64,000 nucleotides of DNA from an uncultured delta proteobacterium (GTDB taxonomy: Bacteria > Desulfobacterota > Syntrophobacteria > BM002), in NCBI GenBank assembly GCA_963712115.1, contig CAVQGX010000020.1:96001-160000 (forward strand), in the 5' to 3' direction. Made by a program: the position numbers and the translations under genes. This document shows, one piece after another, positions 8,515 to 18,365 of the stretch. The notes under the pieces are model-generated. The model was not told where the DNA came from. It searched no databases and saw nothing but the letters and a program-made list of their open reading frames with translations. Numbering within the stretch: position 1 is the first letter of the stretch; every line of letters starts with the position of its first letter.

Positions 8515-10983
8515 TTGACCTTTAGGAAAATGAATAATCGTGGGCAAAGATTATCCAGACACCTTAGTCCTGATCTCATCTATATTTTGCTGCTGTTGGT
8601 CCTTGGCTTAACCGCCTATGCAAACAGCTTCTCTGCACCCTTTCATTTTGACGACAACCAAAGAATACTACAAAATGACGCTATTCGCGATCTGACCGAT
8701 ATGGCGCGGATCTTTTCTTATTGTCGGGAGCGCTTCTTAACCTATCTCAGCCTGGCAATTAATTATAGGATCAGTGGATTTGATCCGACGAGCTATCATA
8801 TTGTCAATTTTTTTATCCATTATATAGCTTCCATTTTTCTCTATTTTCTTTTTATAGAAACTTGGAAAACTCCTGCCCTTAAAGATGAAGAATCTAAGAT
8901 TTCCAAGAAGTTAGTGGGTTTTGTTGCTGCTGGAATCTTCTTACTGCATCCCCTCCAGACCCAATCCGTAACTTATATTATCCAGCGAGCCGCAAGCTTG
9001 GCCGGAATGTTTTATCTGGCAACGGTCTATTGGTACTTGAAGGCCAGATTGGCCCCAAAACGGGGTGTTTCGGTGGGGTACTATGTTCTTTTCGCCCTTT
9101 CGGCATTGGGTGCTGTATTTTCCAAAGAAACTGCGGTGACTCTCCCCGTGATAATCGCTCTCTATGAAATTTTCTTTTTCGAAACCTCAATCAAGTCGCT
9201 CATTGGCAATAAGATGTTCCTTTTCCTGATGGTGTCGGCAGGTGTCATTGTTGGCTTCAAACTAAAAGGGTTGGTGCAAAGAGGTTTTGTCAACGATCCA
9301 GGAATTCCATTTACCAGGGGGCAATATCTCCTTACCCAGTTCAGTGTACTCCTAACCTATTTGCGCCTCTTTTTTTGGCCAGTTGGGCAAAATATTGACT
9401 GGGACTATCCAATCGCCAGCAATTTTTTTGAAGTAAAAATAATTTCATCTTTCCTCTTTTTGCTCATGCTCATTGGTCTTGCCGTAATTGCTTATCGAAA
9501 GTTCAGGCTCTTCTCCCTTGGTATCTTTGCTTTTTTTCTAACCCTTATGCCAAGCTCCAGTATTATCCCGATCCTCGATGTAATCTATGAACACCGCATG
9601 TATCTTGCAGTGGCCTTCTTGGCCATGGGGTGTCTGCAGCCCATTATCCACGGAGTAGAAAGACTCAGAGAGATATCGCCCCGAGTGGTATATATTGTCA
9701 TAGTTACCATAATCGTGGCCGTACTACCTTTGCTGACCAGTCTCACCTATGCCAGGAATGAAGTTTGGGCGAGTAGTTTATCATTGTGGGAAGACTCAGT
9801 GAAAAAGTCTCCCAACAAGGCGAGACCCCACAACAACTATGGTAGGGCCCTTTACCTCCTGGGAATGACTATGACCGAAGCGGCAAAAAAGGAGTTTGAA
9901 ATTGCCAAGCGACTCTCTCCGGACTATCCCCTTCCCTACCATAATCTAGCTATGGCCTATTTTATGGAGGGAAACTATCAGAAGGCCATTACCCTGGACC
10001 TGGAAGCGTTAGAGAAAAAGCCTGATTACAAAGAGGCTCTCTACCAGATCGCCAGGAGTTACGGCGAGTTGAACCAGTGGGAAAATGCTCGGATCTATCT
10101 GGAACGGCTAATTGCCTCAGCACCTGTGTCCAGCTATCTACCGGCCTATCTTGATCTTCTCGAGGCATATCTACAGACAGGATACAAAGACAAAGCATCA
10201 GAGCTTGCTGAACGCATGGTCCAGTTACCAGATAGCATGCCTCAAGTGAATTATTATCGGGGCATGGTCTTCTACAGACTGGAGGATTTTGCCAGAGCGA
10301 AATTCTATTTCACCAGACAGGCTGGAACCGAATTCCCGTCGACTAATTCCCTTCTCATGTTAGGGCAGATCCATTATCTGGAGGGAGATTATGAAGAAGC
10401 GGAAGCAGCCTTCCGTCAGGCACTGGAAAAGCAGCCCTGGTCAATAGCTGCCAACTACAATCTTGCCATCATCTTGGAAATGAGAGACCGTTTTCAGGAA
10501 GCCAACATCCATTTTGAAAGAGCAATGGCAGTTGATGTCTTTTCCCTGGCTCCACGGATCCATCTGGTAAAACTCTATGATCATCTTGGCGAATCATCGC
10601 AGCGACTTGATTTAGTCAGGAGAATGTTTGGTTTAAGGCCTGACTCGGAAGAGTTTGCCTTTCTAAAGAGCAATGAAAAGCAAGACTTGAACAGAACCTT
10701 AAGCGGTTATGAGGAAAGATTCCTCTCGGGAAATCCTTCGCCTGGTTCGCTCAGAACCCGAGCCGTCATCGCAACTATGAGAGAAAATTACCCGGAGGCC
10801 ATTAGATTGTATGAGAAACATCTGGAAAATTTGACGGATCAGAACGAAATACAGAGGGTTAAAAAGGAAGTGTTGCGGTTGGAGGGAGTATTGCGATGGC
10901 AAAGAACCTCTTGTAACACCAGCATAGGTTTTGCTCATATAGTTTCTTACCGCAGAGTCCCGGAAAGTACTGAGAGTGATTGA
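8515..10983 (+). CDS. TMTC-like GT-C membrane glycosyltransferase with C-terminal TPRs (paralog 1)
   Basis: FHFDD acidic loop, HPLQTQSVTYIIQR, SKETA, EHRMYL, RNEVW..LWED..KSPNKAR, TPR array. Confidence 0.8.
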   Translation: MTFRKMNNRGQRLSRHLSPDLIYILLLLVLGLTAYANSFSAPFHFDDNQRILQNDAIRDLTDMARIFSYCRERFLTYLSLAINYRISGFDPTSYHIVNFFIHYIASIFLYFLFIETWKTPALKDEESKISKKLVGFVAAGIFLLHPLQTQSVTYIIQRAASLAGMFYLATVYWYLKARLAPKRGVSVGYYVLFALSALGAVFSKETAVTLPVIIALYEIFFFETSIKSLIGNKMFLFLMVSAGVIVGFKLKGLVQRGFVNDPGIPFTRGQYLLTQFSVLLTYLRLFFWPVGQNIDWDYPIASNFFEVKIISSFLFLLMLIGLAVIAYRKFRLFSLGIFAFFLTLMPSSSIIPILDVIYEHRMYLAVAFLAMGCLQPIIHGVERLREISPRVVYIVIVTIIVAVLPLLTSLTYARNEVWASSLSLWEDSVKKSPNKARPHNNYGRALYLLGMTMTEAAKKEFEIAKRLSPDYPLPYHNLAMAYFMEGNYQKAITLDLEALEKKPDYKEALYQIARSYGELNQWENARIYLERLIASAPVSSYLPAYLDLLEAYLQTGYKDKASELAERMVQLPDSMPQVNYYRGMVFYRLEDFARAKFYFTRQAGTEFPSTNSLLMLGQIHYLEGDYEEAEAAFRQALEKQPWSIAANYNLAIILEMRDRFQEANIHFERAMAVDVFSLAPRIHLVKLYDHLGESSQRLDLVRRMFGLRPDSEEFAFLKSNEKQDLNRTLSGYEERFLSGNPSPGSLRTRAVIATMRENYPEAIRLYEKHLENLTDQNEIQRVKKEVLRLEGVLRWQRTSCNTSIGFAHIVSYRRVPESTESD

Positions 10984-11080
10984 TTTTAAAAGTGGTATTT
11001 CCCGGCATTGAAAATGCATATTCTCTCAGCGTCTTCTCTGTCTGTGCAGCGAAAAACGTAAATATAATGAAATTAATGAC

Positions 11081-12565
11081 ATGGCCGATGTTTTCGTACT
11101 CAACCCGCCAGTGGTACAAGATTTCTGCCGCTCAGCCCGCTGGGCCGCCAGATCAAGAGGGCGGGTGCAGCGCCACCCGGATTGGCTGCTCACAGCGGTG
11201 GCCGTCCTTGAGGAGGCGGGATTCACTGTAGACTTCCTGGATGGCCCGGTGTTGAACCTCGAGCGGCAGGAGGTGTTGTCTGCGCTGAAGAAGAGCAGAC
11301 CTGGGCTTGTGGTCCTGCACACCACCACGCCTTCTATAGACTCCGACCTTAGTTACGCATCATTGGCTAAAGAGCTCCTCCCCAACTGCCGAACCGTTGC
11401 CGTGGGCCCTCACGTGACCGCCGAACCGGAAGATACCCTTAAAAGAGCCAACGGCACCCTGGACGCTGTAGTTCGGGGGGAATACGACTATACTTTACGT
11501 GAACTGGTGCAACTGGCGAGCTCCGGCTGGGATTTATCGGAGCTTTCGGAAATTGAGGGCATATCCTATCTTGATCAGGAAAACAAACTTGTGCACACGG
11601 TGTCGAGGCCCTATCTCGATGTGAATGAACTGCCCTTTCCGTCCTGGCAGCATATAGATCCCAAGTGGTATCGGGACGCAGGCAAGCGGTTTCCTTTTAT
11701 CACCCTTATTTCGGGCAGGGGGTGCTTTGGTCGGTGCACATTTTGCAGGGATGTACCCTTGATGGAAGGGAAAAAGCTCAGGATGCGAAATCCTGAGCTG
11801 GTGGTAGATGAGATCGAATACGACTTCTCCCTTTTTCCTTACCTGAGGGAGGTGATGTTTGAGACCGACACCTTTACCGCCTCGCCAAAACATGTAGAGG
11901 GTGTGTGTAGAGAAATTCTTAAGAGAAATCTGAAAATCACTTGGTCATGCAACTGTCGCACTGATGTGGATCTCGAGCTCCTTCCCTTGATGAAGCAGGC
12001 CGGATGCCGCATGCTCATGGTGGGCTTCGAATTCGGCACCCAGGAGGCCTTGGACGCAGTGAGGAAAGGCACGACTCTGGAGCAGTCGGTGCGCTTGGCC
12101 AAAGAAGCGCAAAGACTTGGATTTACGGTGCACGGCTGCTTTATGTTCGGTGCCCCAGGCGAGAACATGGAGTCAGCCCTCAAGACCATAGAGTTCGCCA
12201 AATCACTACCCATGGATACGGTACAGTTCTCCGGAATTTGCGCCTATCCGGGAACCGAGATTTACCAGCAGGCTAGCAAAAATGGTACTCTCGTGCCAAA
12301 CACCTGGCGGGAGTGGGTGGATGAAAACTGGGAACAGGTAACAGTTCTAGACTATCCAGGGCTGAGCAAGGAGGAGATTGATCGGCTCATCGATAGAGGA
12401 CTCAGGGAGTTCTATCTGAGACCAAAACAGATTCTGAAGATGATTTGGGCCACACGCACACCTGATGATCTAAAGCGGAAGCTGTATGGTCTAAAAGGCT
12501 TATTGAAATCGCTCAGAGTGAGTGCAGGCAAAAACATTGGGGGTTCGCAGCAGTGCCTCTATTGA
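11081..12565 (+). CDS. Cobalamin-binding radical SAM enzyme (HpnJ-like / class B)
   Basis: B12-binding N-terminal domain (GPHVT, RGEYD), RGCFGRCTFC, GFE, PGT motifs. Confidence 0.85.
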   Translation: MADVFVLNPPVVQDFCRSARWAARSRGRVQRHPDWLLTAVAVLEEAGFTVDFLDGPVLNLERQEVLSALKKSRPGLVVLHTTTPSIDSDLSYASLAKELLPNCRTVAVGPHVTAEPEDTLKRANGTLDAVVRGEYDYTLRELVQLASSGWDLSELSEIEGISYLDQENKLVHTVSRPYLDVNELPFPSWQHIDPKWYRDAGKRFPFITLISGRGCFGRCTFCRDVPLMEGKKLRMRNPELVVDEIEYDFSLFPYLREVMFETDTFTASPKHVEGVCREILKRNLKITWSCNCRTDVDLELLPLMKQAGCRMLMVGFEFGTQEALDAVRKGTTLEQSVRLAKEAQRLGFTVHGCFMFGAPGENMESALKTIEFAKSLPMDTVQFSGICAYPGTEIYQQASKNGTLVPNTWREWVDENWEQVTVLDYPGLSKEEIDRLIDRGLREFYLRPKQILKMIWATRTPDDLKRKLYGLKGLLKSLRVSAGKNIGGSQQCLY

Positions 12566-12683
12566 TTCGACTGGATTGGAGATCACACAGTATATGGTAA
12601 AATTCTGTCTGATTCTGGCAGTTTAGGCGATGGCACAAGAACTTACGTAAAGCCTGAACAAGAAAGGTATCAGCAAAATCAAC

Positions 12684-13550
12684 ATGCGACTCGACAAGAG
12701 TGATCAATCAATTGAGATAATCTACACTCCCGACTCCCAGTTGAGACGGCCGGGGCAGTTGTTACGCAGCATGGTACGCGACCTTCTGGCTTCACGCGAG
12801 CTTGCCTGGCGCTTGTTTGTCCGTAACGTCAATGCCATGTATCGACAAACGGTTCTCGGGTATGTTTGGGCTTTTTTGCCACCTGTATTTACTGCCTTCG
12901 TTTTTGTGTTTTTGAATTCCCAGCGAATTCTCAATGTGGGTGCAACGAGCATTCCTTACCCAGCATATGCCTTGATTGGTACAGTGCTATGGCAGACATT
13001 TGCTGATGCGCTAAATAGTCCACTCCGGATGATTAATCAGTCAAAATCTTTTCTCGTTAAAATCAATTTTCCTCGAGAATCTCTTATCTTAGCTGGCATA
13101 GGAGAGGTTTTCTTCAACTTTGCCATCCGGCTGTTTCTGCTGCTATTAGTCTTTTATTGGTATGGACTTCCTATTTCTTTAGGTATTTTGTTAGCCCCTG
13201 TAGGAATTATTTCTCTTGTCGCTTTGGGTTTACTTTTTGGGATCTTCTTGGTTCCTCTAGGGGTACTTTACCAGGATATTGAAAAGGCATTGCCCTTGTT
13301 CACCTCTACCTGGCTTTTGCTGACGCCCGTTGTGTATCCACCTCCCACGAGTTGGCCAGCTTCTCTGATCTCGACCATAAATCCGGTGAGTCCCCTTCTG
13401 GTCACCACCCGCGAGATGCTCACCAAAGGCACTTTGGCACACATGTCTGGTTTTTATGTGGTAATGGGATTGACATTCCTCTTTCTTTTAATGGGCTGGG
13501 TTTTATATCGACTTGCCCTGCCTCATCTGATTGAAAGGATGGGGGCTTAA
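12684..13550 (+). CDS. wzm: Polysaccharide ABC exporter permease
   Basis: YRQTVLGYVWAFLPP, KINFPRE, TPVVYP, NPVSPL. Confidence 0.9.
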   Translation: MRLDKSDQSIEIIYTPDSQLRRPGQLLRSMVRDLLASRELAWRLFVRNVNAMYRQTVLGYVWAFLPPVFTAFVFVFLNSQRILNVGATSIPYPAYALIGTVLWQTFADALNSPLRMINQSKSFLVKINFPRESLILAGIGEVFFNFAIRLFLLLLVFYWYGLPISLGILLAPVGIISLVALGLLFGIFLVPLGVLYQDIEKALPLFTSTWLLLTPVVYPPPTSWPASLISTINPVSPLLVTTREMLTKGTLAHMSGFYVVMGLTFLFLLMGWVLYRLALPHLIERMGA

Positions 13551-13706
13551 TGGTTAAAGCCATGCTTATATCTAAGGTCAGCATTAATGATGAAAAATTC
13601 TCACTGTAAAAGCGCAGATCTGACAGCTATTTAGTTCAAGTGAACAGTGGTTGCAGATCTTTGCACCGCAACTACTGCAGAGAGAAGTCTAGGTTTGAGC
13701 AATAAA

Positions 13707-14951
13707 ATGACAGATGAAAACATAGTTGAAGTTAAAGACTTATCCAAGAAATTCTGCCGTGATCTGAGAAGGTCTTTGCGGTATGGAGTTCAGGACATTG
13801 CACGTGAAATGTCAGGTCGAGTGCCGCCGCAGGTTGACTTGCGCCAGAAGGAATTTTGGGCCCTTAAAGGTATCACCTTTCGGCTGAAGCGGGGCGAATG
13901 TCTTGGACTTATCGGCCGTAACGGTGCCGGAAAGAGTACAATATTGAAGTTGCTGCACGGCTTAGTCAAGCCCAATGTAGGGCGCATCGAGATACGTGGC
14001 AGTGTAGGAGCATTGATTGAATTGGGCGCAGGATTCAATCCCATTCTAACGGGCAGAGAAAACATTTATATAAACGCATCTCTGTTGGGCATTTCCAAGA
14101 AAAAAGCAAATAATATTATTGATCAAATCGTTACCTTTGCAGAAATTGATGAATTTATCGATACGCCGGTTCAAAATTATAGTTCCGGAATGCAAGTACG
14201 GCTCGGATTTGCCATTGCAGCACATGTCAATCCCCAGCTACTACTAGTCGATGAGGTGTTGGCAGTAGGAGATATGAAGTTCCAACGTAAATGTTTGCAA
14301 TACATGACAAATTACTTAGAAAATAAAGGATCTATTATTTTGGTGTCTCATAACATGCATTTAATACAATCTATTTGCAGCCAATGTCTAATAATTGATC
14401 AGGGAACTATTAAATTTAGTGGTTCAGTCACTGAAGGAATAAGTACCTATTATAATATGCATAATGCTTCAAGGAATGAATTTATAACTAATTATCAGGA
14501 TGAAATCATAGAAACTCAGGCTCTTGTAATCGAAAAAGTGGATATTAGTACCGCTGAAGGTGGGGAAGTCAAGACGGGTGAAGACGCTTATCTAACGTTA
14601 TACTATCAATCAGCTAAAGACCTCGGCGAGGTAACCTGGGGATTTTCTTTCTGGAGCGCAGATCAACGAACTCGCATTGCAACGTGTACTGCAAAACATT
14701 CGGGTATGGATTGTACACTTCTTAGGGGGAAAGGACGATTACGCTGCAAGCTGCCGAGCCTTCCCTTGGTGGCCGGCGGATACGTGGTTAAGGTCGGAAT
14801 ATACGACATAAAGACATCTTGGCCTATTGCTAGAAAAGGCTGGGAAGACATGCCCGCATATTTTGAGGTCAAGCCGTCTGGGAGTGAAATTGATAATCGC
14901 CGGATGATTGATGGTGATATTGTAGCAATCGATGTTGAGTGGATGGCCTAA
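13707..14951 (+). CDS. wzt: Polysaccharide ABC exporter ATPase with C-terminal Wzt_C domain
   Basis: FWALK, GRNGAGKST, YSSGMQVRLGFA, DEVLAVGD, long C-terminal extension. Confidence 0.9.
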   Translation: MTDENIVEVKDLSKKFCRDLRRSLRYGVQDIAREMSGRVPPQVDLRQKEFWALKGITFRLKRGECLGLIGRNGAGKSTILKLLHGLVKPNVGRIEIRGSVGALIELGAGFNPILTGRENIYINASLLGISKKKANNIIDQIVTFAEIDEFIDTPVQNYSSGMQVRLGFAIAAHVNPQLLLVDEVLAVGDMKFQRKCLQYMTNYLENKGSIILVSHNMHLIQSICSQCLIIDQGTIKFSGSVTEGISTYYNMHNASRNEFITNYQDEIIETQALVIEKVDISTAEGGEVKTGEDAYLTLYYQSAKDLGEVTWGFSFWSADQRTRIATCTAKHSGMDCTLLRGKGRLRCKLPSLPLVAGGYVVKVGIYDIKTSWPIARKGWEDMPAYFEVKPSGSEIDNRRMIDGDIVAIDVEWMA

Positions 14952-15072
14952 AATAGATGCTTTCAAGACTCATTCGAAATTTTGTTAGTGATTTTAAGAA
15001 TATTTTAGTCAAAATTTATCAAGTTTAAACGTTAATCGTTACAGGTATCAGAGGAATTGTTTTGATATATAG

Positions 15073-15085
15073 AATCAATAACTTA
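15073..15085 (+). promoter_or_regulatory. IHF-like site
   Basis: AATCAA-TAAC-TTA matches WATCAANNNNTTR in AT-rich intergenic DNA. Confidence 0.35.
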
Positions 15086-15105
15086 GAAGGTCATTTGTCG
15101 AGTCG

Positions 15106-15987
15106 ATGTCTGAGATTAGTATTTTAATTCGCACCTATAATGAAGAGGAATTTCTACCTCTTACAGTCGAAGCACTGTTCGCACAAAGTGAAAAGTCCTT
15201 CGATATAGTGTTGGTAGATTCTGGTTCAACCGATAAGACATTGGAGATTGCCAGAGGCTATGATGGAATAAAGATTATTGAAGTTTCCAAAAAAGACTTT
15301 ACCTATGGCAGAGCTCTGAATATTGGTATGGCAGCGGTTGTGGACCGGGCAAAATATGTTGCTATGCTTAGTGCTCATGCAGTTCCATGTAATGAGAATT
15401 GGTTGAGCGAGCTCTTGCTTCCGGTACGAGGCCATTCCGAAGTGGTGGGTGTGTATGGCAAGCAAGTGCCTTTTCCGGATCATATGTGCAATCCTATTGT
15501 GCGCGCACTGGCTACCGAGGTATATCCAAACTGTTACGGAGACAAGCCTTTCATAACGACTAATTCATATTTCTTTTCTAATGTGAACAGTCTGATTACT
15601 TCTGAAAACTGGCAGCGCCATAAATTTGATGAGTCTCTCGAGTATTGTGAAGACGCGAGTTGGGCTAAAGCAGTGATTGATTCAGGTGGATGGATTGCTT
15701 ATCAGCCAGCTGCTGCAGTTTATCATTCACACGCCGATACCTTTCGCAACTATTTTGTACGTGCTTACTGTGAAGGAAAAGCGTCGCGAAAAATTGATCC
15801 TGTCTCACATCCTCTATTAGGAAGAAGAGAATGCTTGCGAATGCTTAAGAACTTATTCCTCATATATCTACGGCGTTGCCTGCTGGAGCAATCGCTGCGT
15901 GGTTTGCATTGGGATATCTGCCGTTTTCGGGTGGTAAACACACTCGCCACTTATAAAGGACGAAAAGATGCAAGGGTTGGATCATAA
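15106..15987 (+). CDS. GT2 glycosyltransferase (rhamnosyltransferase-like)
   Basis: ISILIRTYNEE, VDSGSTD, F.YGRALN.G, LSAHA.P, ED..WA, VYHSH. Confidence 0.8.
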   Translation: MSEISILIRTYNEEEFLPLTVEALFAQSEKSFDIVLVDSGSTDKTLEIARGYDGIKIIEVSKKDFTYGRALNIGMAAVVDRAKYVAMLSAHAVPCNENWLSELLLPVRGHSEVVGVYGKQVPFPDHMCNPIVRALATEVYPNCYGDKPFITTNSYFFSNVNSLITSENWQRHKFDESLEYCEDASWAKAVIDSGGWIAYQPAAAVYHSHADTFRNYFVRAYCEGKASRKIDPVSHPLLGRRECLRMLKNLFLIYLRRCLLEQSLRGLHWDICRFRVVNTLATYKGRKDARVGS

Positions 15988-17275
15988 AATTTTGTTCATC
16001 CTGTTGGACGCTTTTCGGCACGACTACATCAATTCAGTGGACACCCCTTTCCTATATTCAAAAATATCTCAAGGTTTATATGCAAAAAAGTTGAAAAGTG
16101 TGGCCGGTTTTACTCAGCGAACGGCGATCTACACTGGAACTACTGGAGGGGAGAGTGGAATGTTCACCATGTTCACCTTCGACTCCGAAAAATCTCCATT
16201 CCGTTTCTTACGGGACAATGCAAAACTTGCGAGGTTCTCGTCAAGGAGGCGCTGGTGGGATGCACTTCCTTCATGGCCTGGCCTGGGCCTCGTGAGTGAG
16301 ATTATGAATGGTCGTTTTCAGGACCATTTGAACAGTTTTCGGGAATGGATAACAAAAGAAGCCAAAAAATATGCCTCCAATGCACCTTTGGCGAATATCC
16401 CTCTGACTTTATTGCCAGAGATAGGAGTCTCTGAAGACAACCTTCCTATATATCTGCCGGGAGCTTTTAAACAAGAGAGCATATTTGACGTCTTTCAGCA
16501 AACAGGCATCTTATATGAATATCTAATGTATCCTCTGATAGATTGCCAAGACGACGATGTATTGGAAGCATTTATCGAAAAAAAGGATTCCCAATCCCAC
16601 ATTCTTTTTGGCCAGCTTTCCGACTCTGATATGATTGTCCACCATTGTGGGCCCGAATCGTATGAGCGTCGAAAAGTCGTAGGGGAAATTGATCGCAAGT
16701 TACGCGAAATTTCCACCAACTATGGCGGCAGTACAACTTGGATTATCGTTGGCGACCACGGTATGACAGAAGTGATCGAGGAGATCGACGTTCCCGCTCT
16801 GCTTTCCCCGATTGAGCGCAGATTAGATGTTGAAATGGGCCGTGACTACTTGCTCTTTCTCGATTCAACCATGGCACGTTTTAGGTGGAAGACGGAAGCA
16901 GGAAAAATTTTCCTTGAAGAGGTGAAAAAGCAGGAACGATTATTAAAGAAGGGGTTTTTCGTTAACAAGCAACTAGCCAACGAGTACTCTATTCCTTTTC
17001 CGGATAGACGGTATGGCGACTTAATTTGGTGGGCAAATATTGGAGTGTTGCTCTTCCCGGACTATTTTCATGACCATTACACACATGTCAAAGGCATGCA
17101 CGGCTACAATTCAGCCCACGATGACATGAAGGGGTTTTTCCTTGCATTTGGCCCAGGGATTCAACCAAAAGAGATAGAGGAAGTTCATTTGATTGATGTG
17201 TGTCCTTCAATTTGTGCAGCAGTTGGTGTCCGCCCCACGGGAAATAATCAAGGTACTTGCTTACTGGTGAACTGA
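15968..17275 (+). CDS. Alkaline phosphatase superfamily protein (nucleotide pyrophosphatase/phosphodiesterase-like), no obvious signal peptide
   Basis: LLDAFRHDY, D..VHH.GP, IIVGDHGM, GMHGY. Confidence 0.8.
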   Translation: MQGLDHKILFILLDAFRHDYINSVDTPFLYSKISQGLYAKKLKSVAGFTQRTAIYTGTTGGESGMFTMFTFDSEKSPFRFLRDNAKLARFSSRRRWWDALPSWPGLGLVSEIMNGRFQDHLNSFREWITKEAKKYASNAPLANIPLTLLPEIGVSEDNLPIYLPGAFKQESIFDVFQQTGILYEYLMYPLIDCQDDDVLEAFIEKKDSQSHILFGQLSDSDMIVHHCGPESYERRKVVGEIDRKLREISTNYGGSTTWIIVGDHGMTEVIEEIDVPALLSPIERRLDVEMGRDYLLFLDSTMARFRWKTEAGKIFLEEVKKQERLLKKGFFVNKQLANEYSIPFPDRRYGDLIWWANIGVLLFPDYFHDHYTHVKGMHGYNSAHDDMKGFFLAFGPGIQPKEIEEVHLIDVCPSICAAVGVRPTGNNQGTCLLVN

Positions 17276-18123
17276 TGTCAAAGTTGACGCTTCACAATCA
17301 GGATGACATTGATAGAGACATACGACAGGACTTGGATCATATTATCAATGGCATTGCAAGTGGTAACTTCGAGTACTCTTCAATCTATTTGATTGGAGCA
17401 TTTGGACGTGGCGAAGGCACAGTACAATTTGATGGCAAGCGATGGCGTGCTGTTAACGATTATGATTTGCTCGTAATAGCACCAAGCTGCCCAAAAATTG
17501 GACCATTTCTAAAAACTCTCAGCAGCAAACTGGCTCAGTCGCTCAAAGTCGATTTTGTTGATCTTGGCTGCGTACAAAGGGAATCTTTACCTTATCTGGA
17601 ATGCACAATACAGAACTATGACTTTAAATATGGAAGCAAACTCTTAGCGGGTGAGGATGTGCTGAGTGAAATCCCCCAATTTCGACCGGAAGCCATCGCG
17701 CCTTATGAAATAGTTCGTCTTATTTGTAACCGTGCGGCTGGTCTTCTTTCTGCATATCTACCGGATAATACCGGCTCTCCGCATTATTACGCAAATCAAT
17801 GCATGAAGGCTTGTATTGCTGTGGGTGACGCAGCAGTGTACCTAGGCAGGGGATATCATCGCTTGTATGAAACACGATTAGAAATGTTCTGTTCTCTCGC
17901 TGCTAACGATGGCCTTCCTTTCTCCCTGCCTCCGAAGGCGATCGATGCTGTGATTGAAGCATATAAAAGGAAACTCGAAGGTCTTCATTCTGTGCCATTT
18001 TCTATTGATGAAGTGTTAATGAAGATTATGATTGGCGAAGTATATTGCGCGATAACGAGACATTGCACGGATAAAGCTTACGTATACCGTTGGTTATTTC
18101 CATTTTCTACCCCCTCCGGATGA
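17275..18123 (+). CDS. Pol-beta-fold nucleotidyltransferase-domain protein; 3' end probably frameshifted
   Basis: LIGAFGRGEG...NDYDLLV motif; ATG overlaps the TGA of the upstream gene. Confidence 0.6.
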   Translation: MSKLTLHNQDDIDRDIRQDLDHIINGIASGNFEYSSIYLIGAFGRGEGTVQFDGKRWRAVNDYDLLVIAPSCPKIGPFLKTLSSKLAQSLKVDFVDLGCVQRESLPYLECTIQNYDFKYGSKLLAGEDVLSEIPQFRPEAIAPYEIVRLICNRAAGLLSAYLPDNTGSPHYYANQCMKACIAVGDAAVYLGRGYHRLYETRLEMFCSLAANDGLPFSLPPKAIDAVIEAYKRKLEGLHSVPFSIDEVLMKIMIGEVYCAITRHCTDKAYVYRWLFPFSTPSG

Positions 18124-18365
18124 TGCTGGCGGGTACGAACTTGCCTGCATGGAATTGGTGTGTTGTTTCCTTAAAGGATCAGCTTTTCAGGAAGGTTGAT
18201 TAGCTTCGAGGTTTACGCTCTGTGGTTTACAACAGCCAGAGGGTTTTTAACTAGAAAACGTGCAAAATTAAATACTTTTATCCTCAAATATGTTTTGGTG
18301 AATCCAAGGTGGACGAGTAAAAGAATTACTAGTGAGATTGATCACTGAATTGTACAGGCAAAGCA

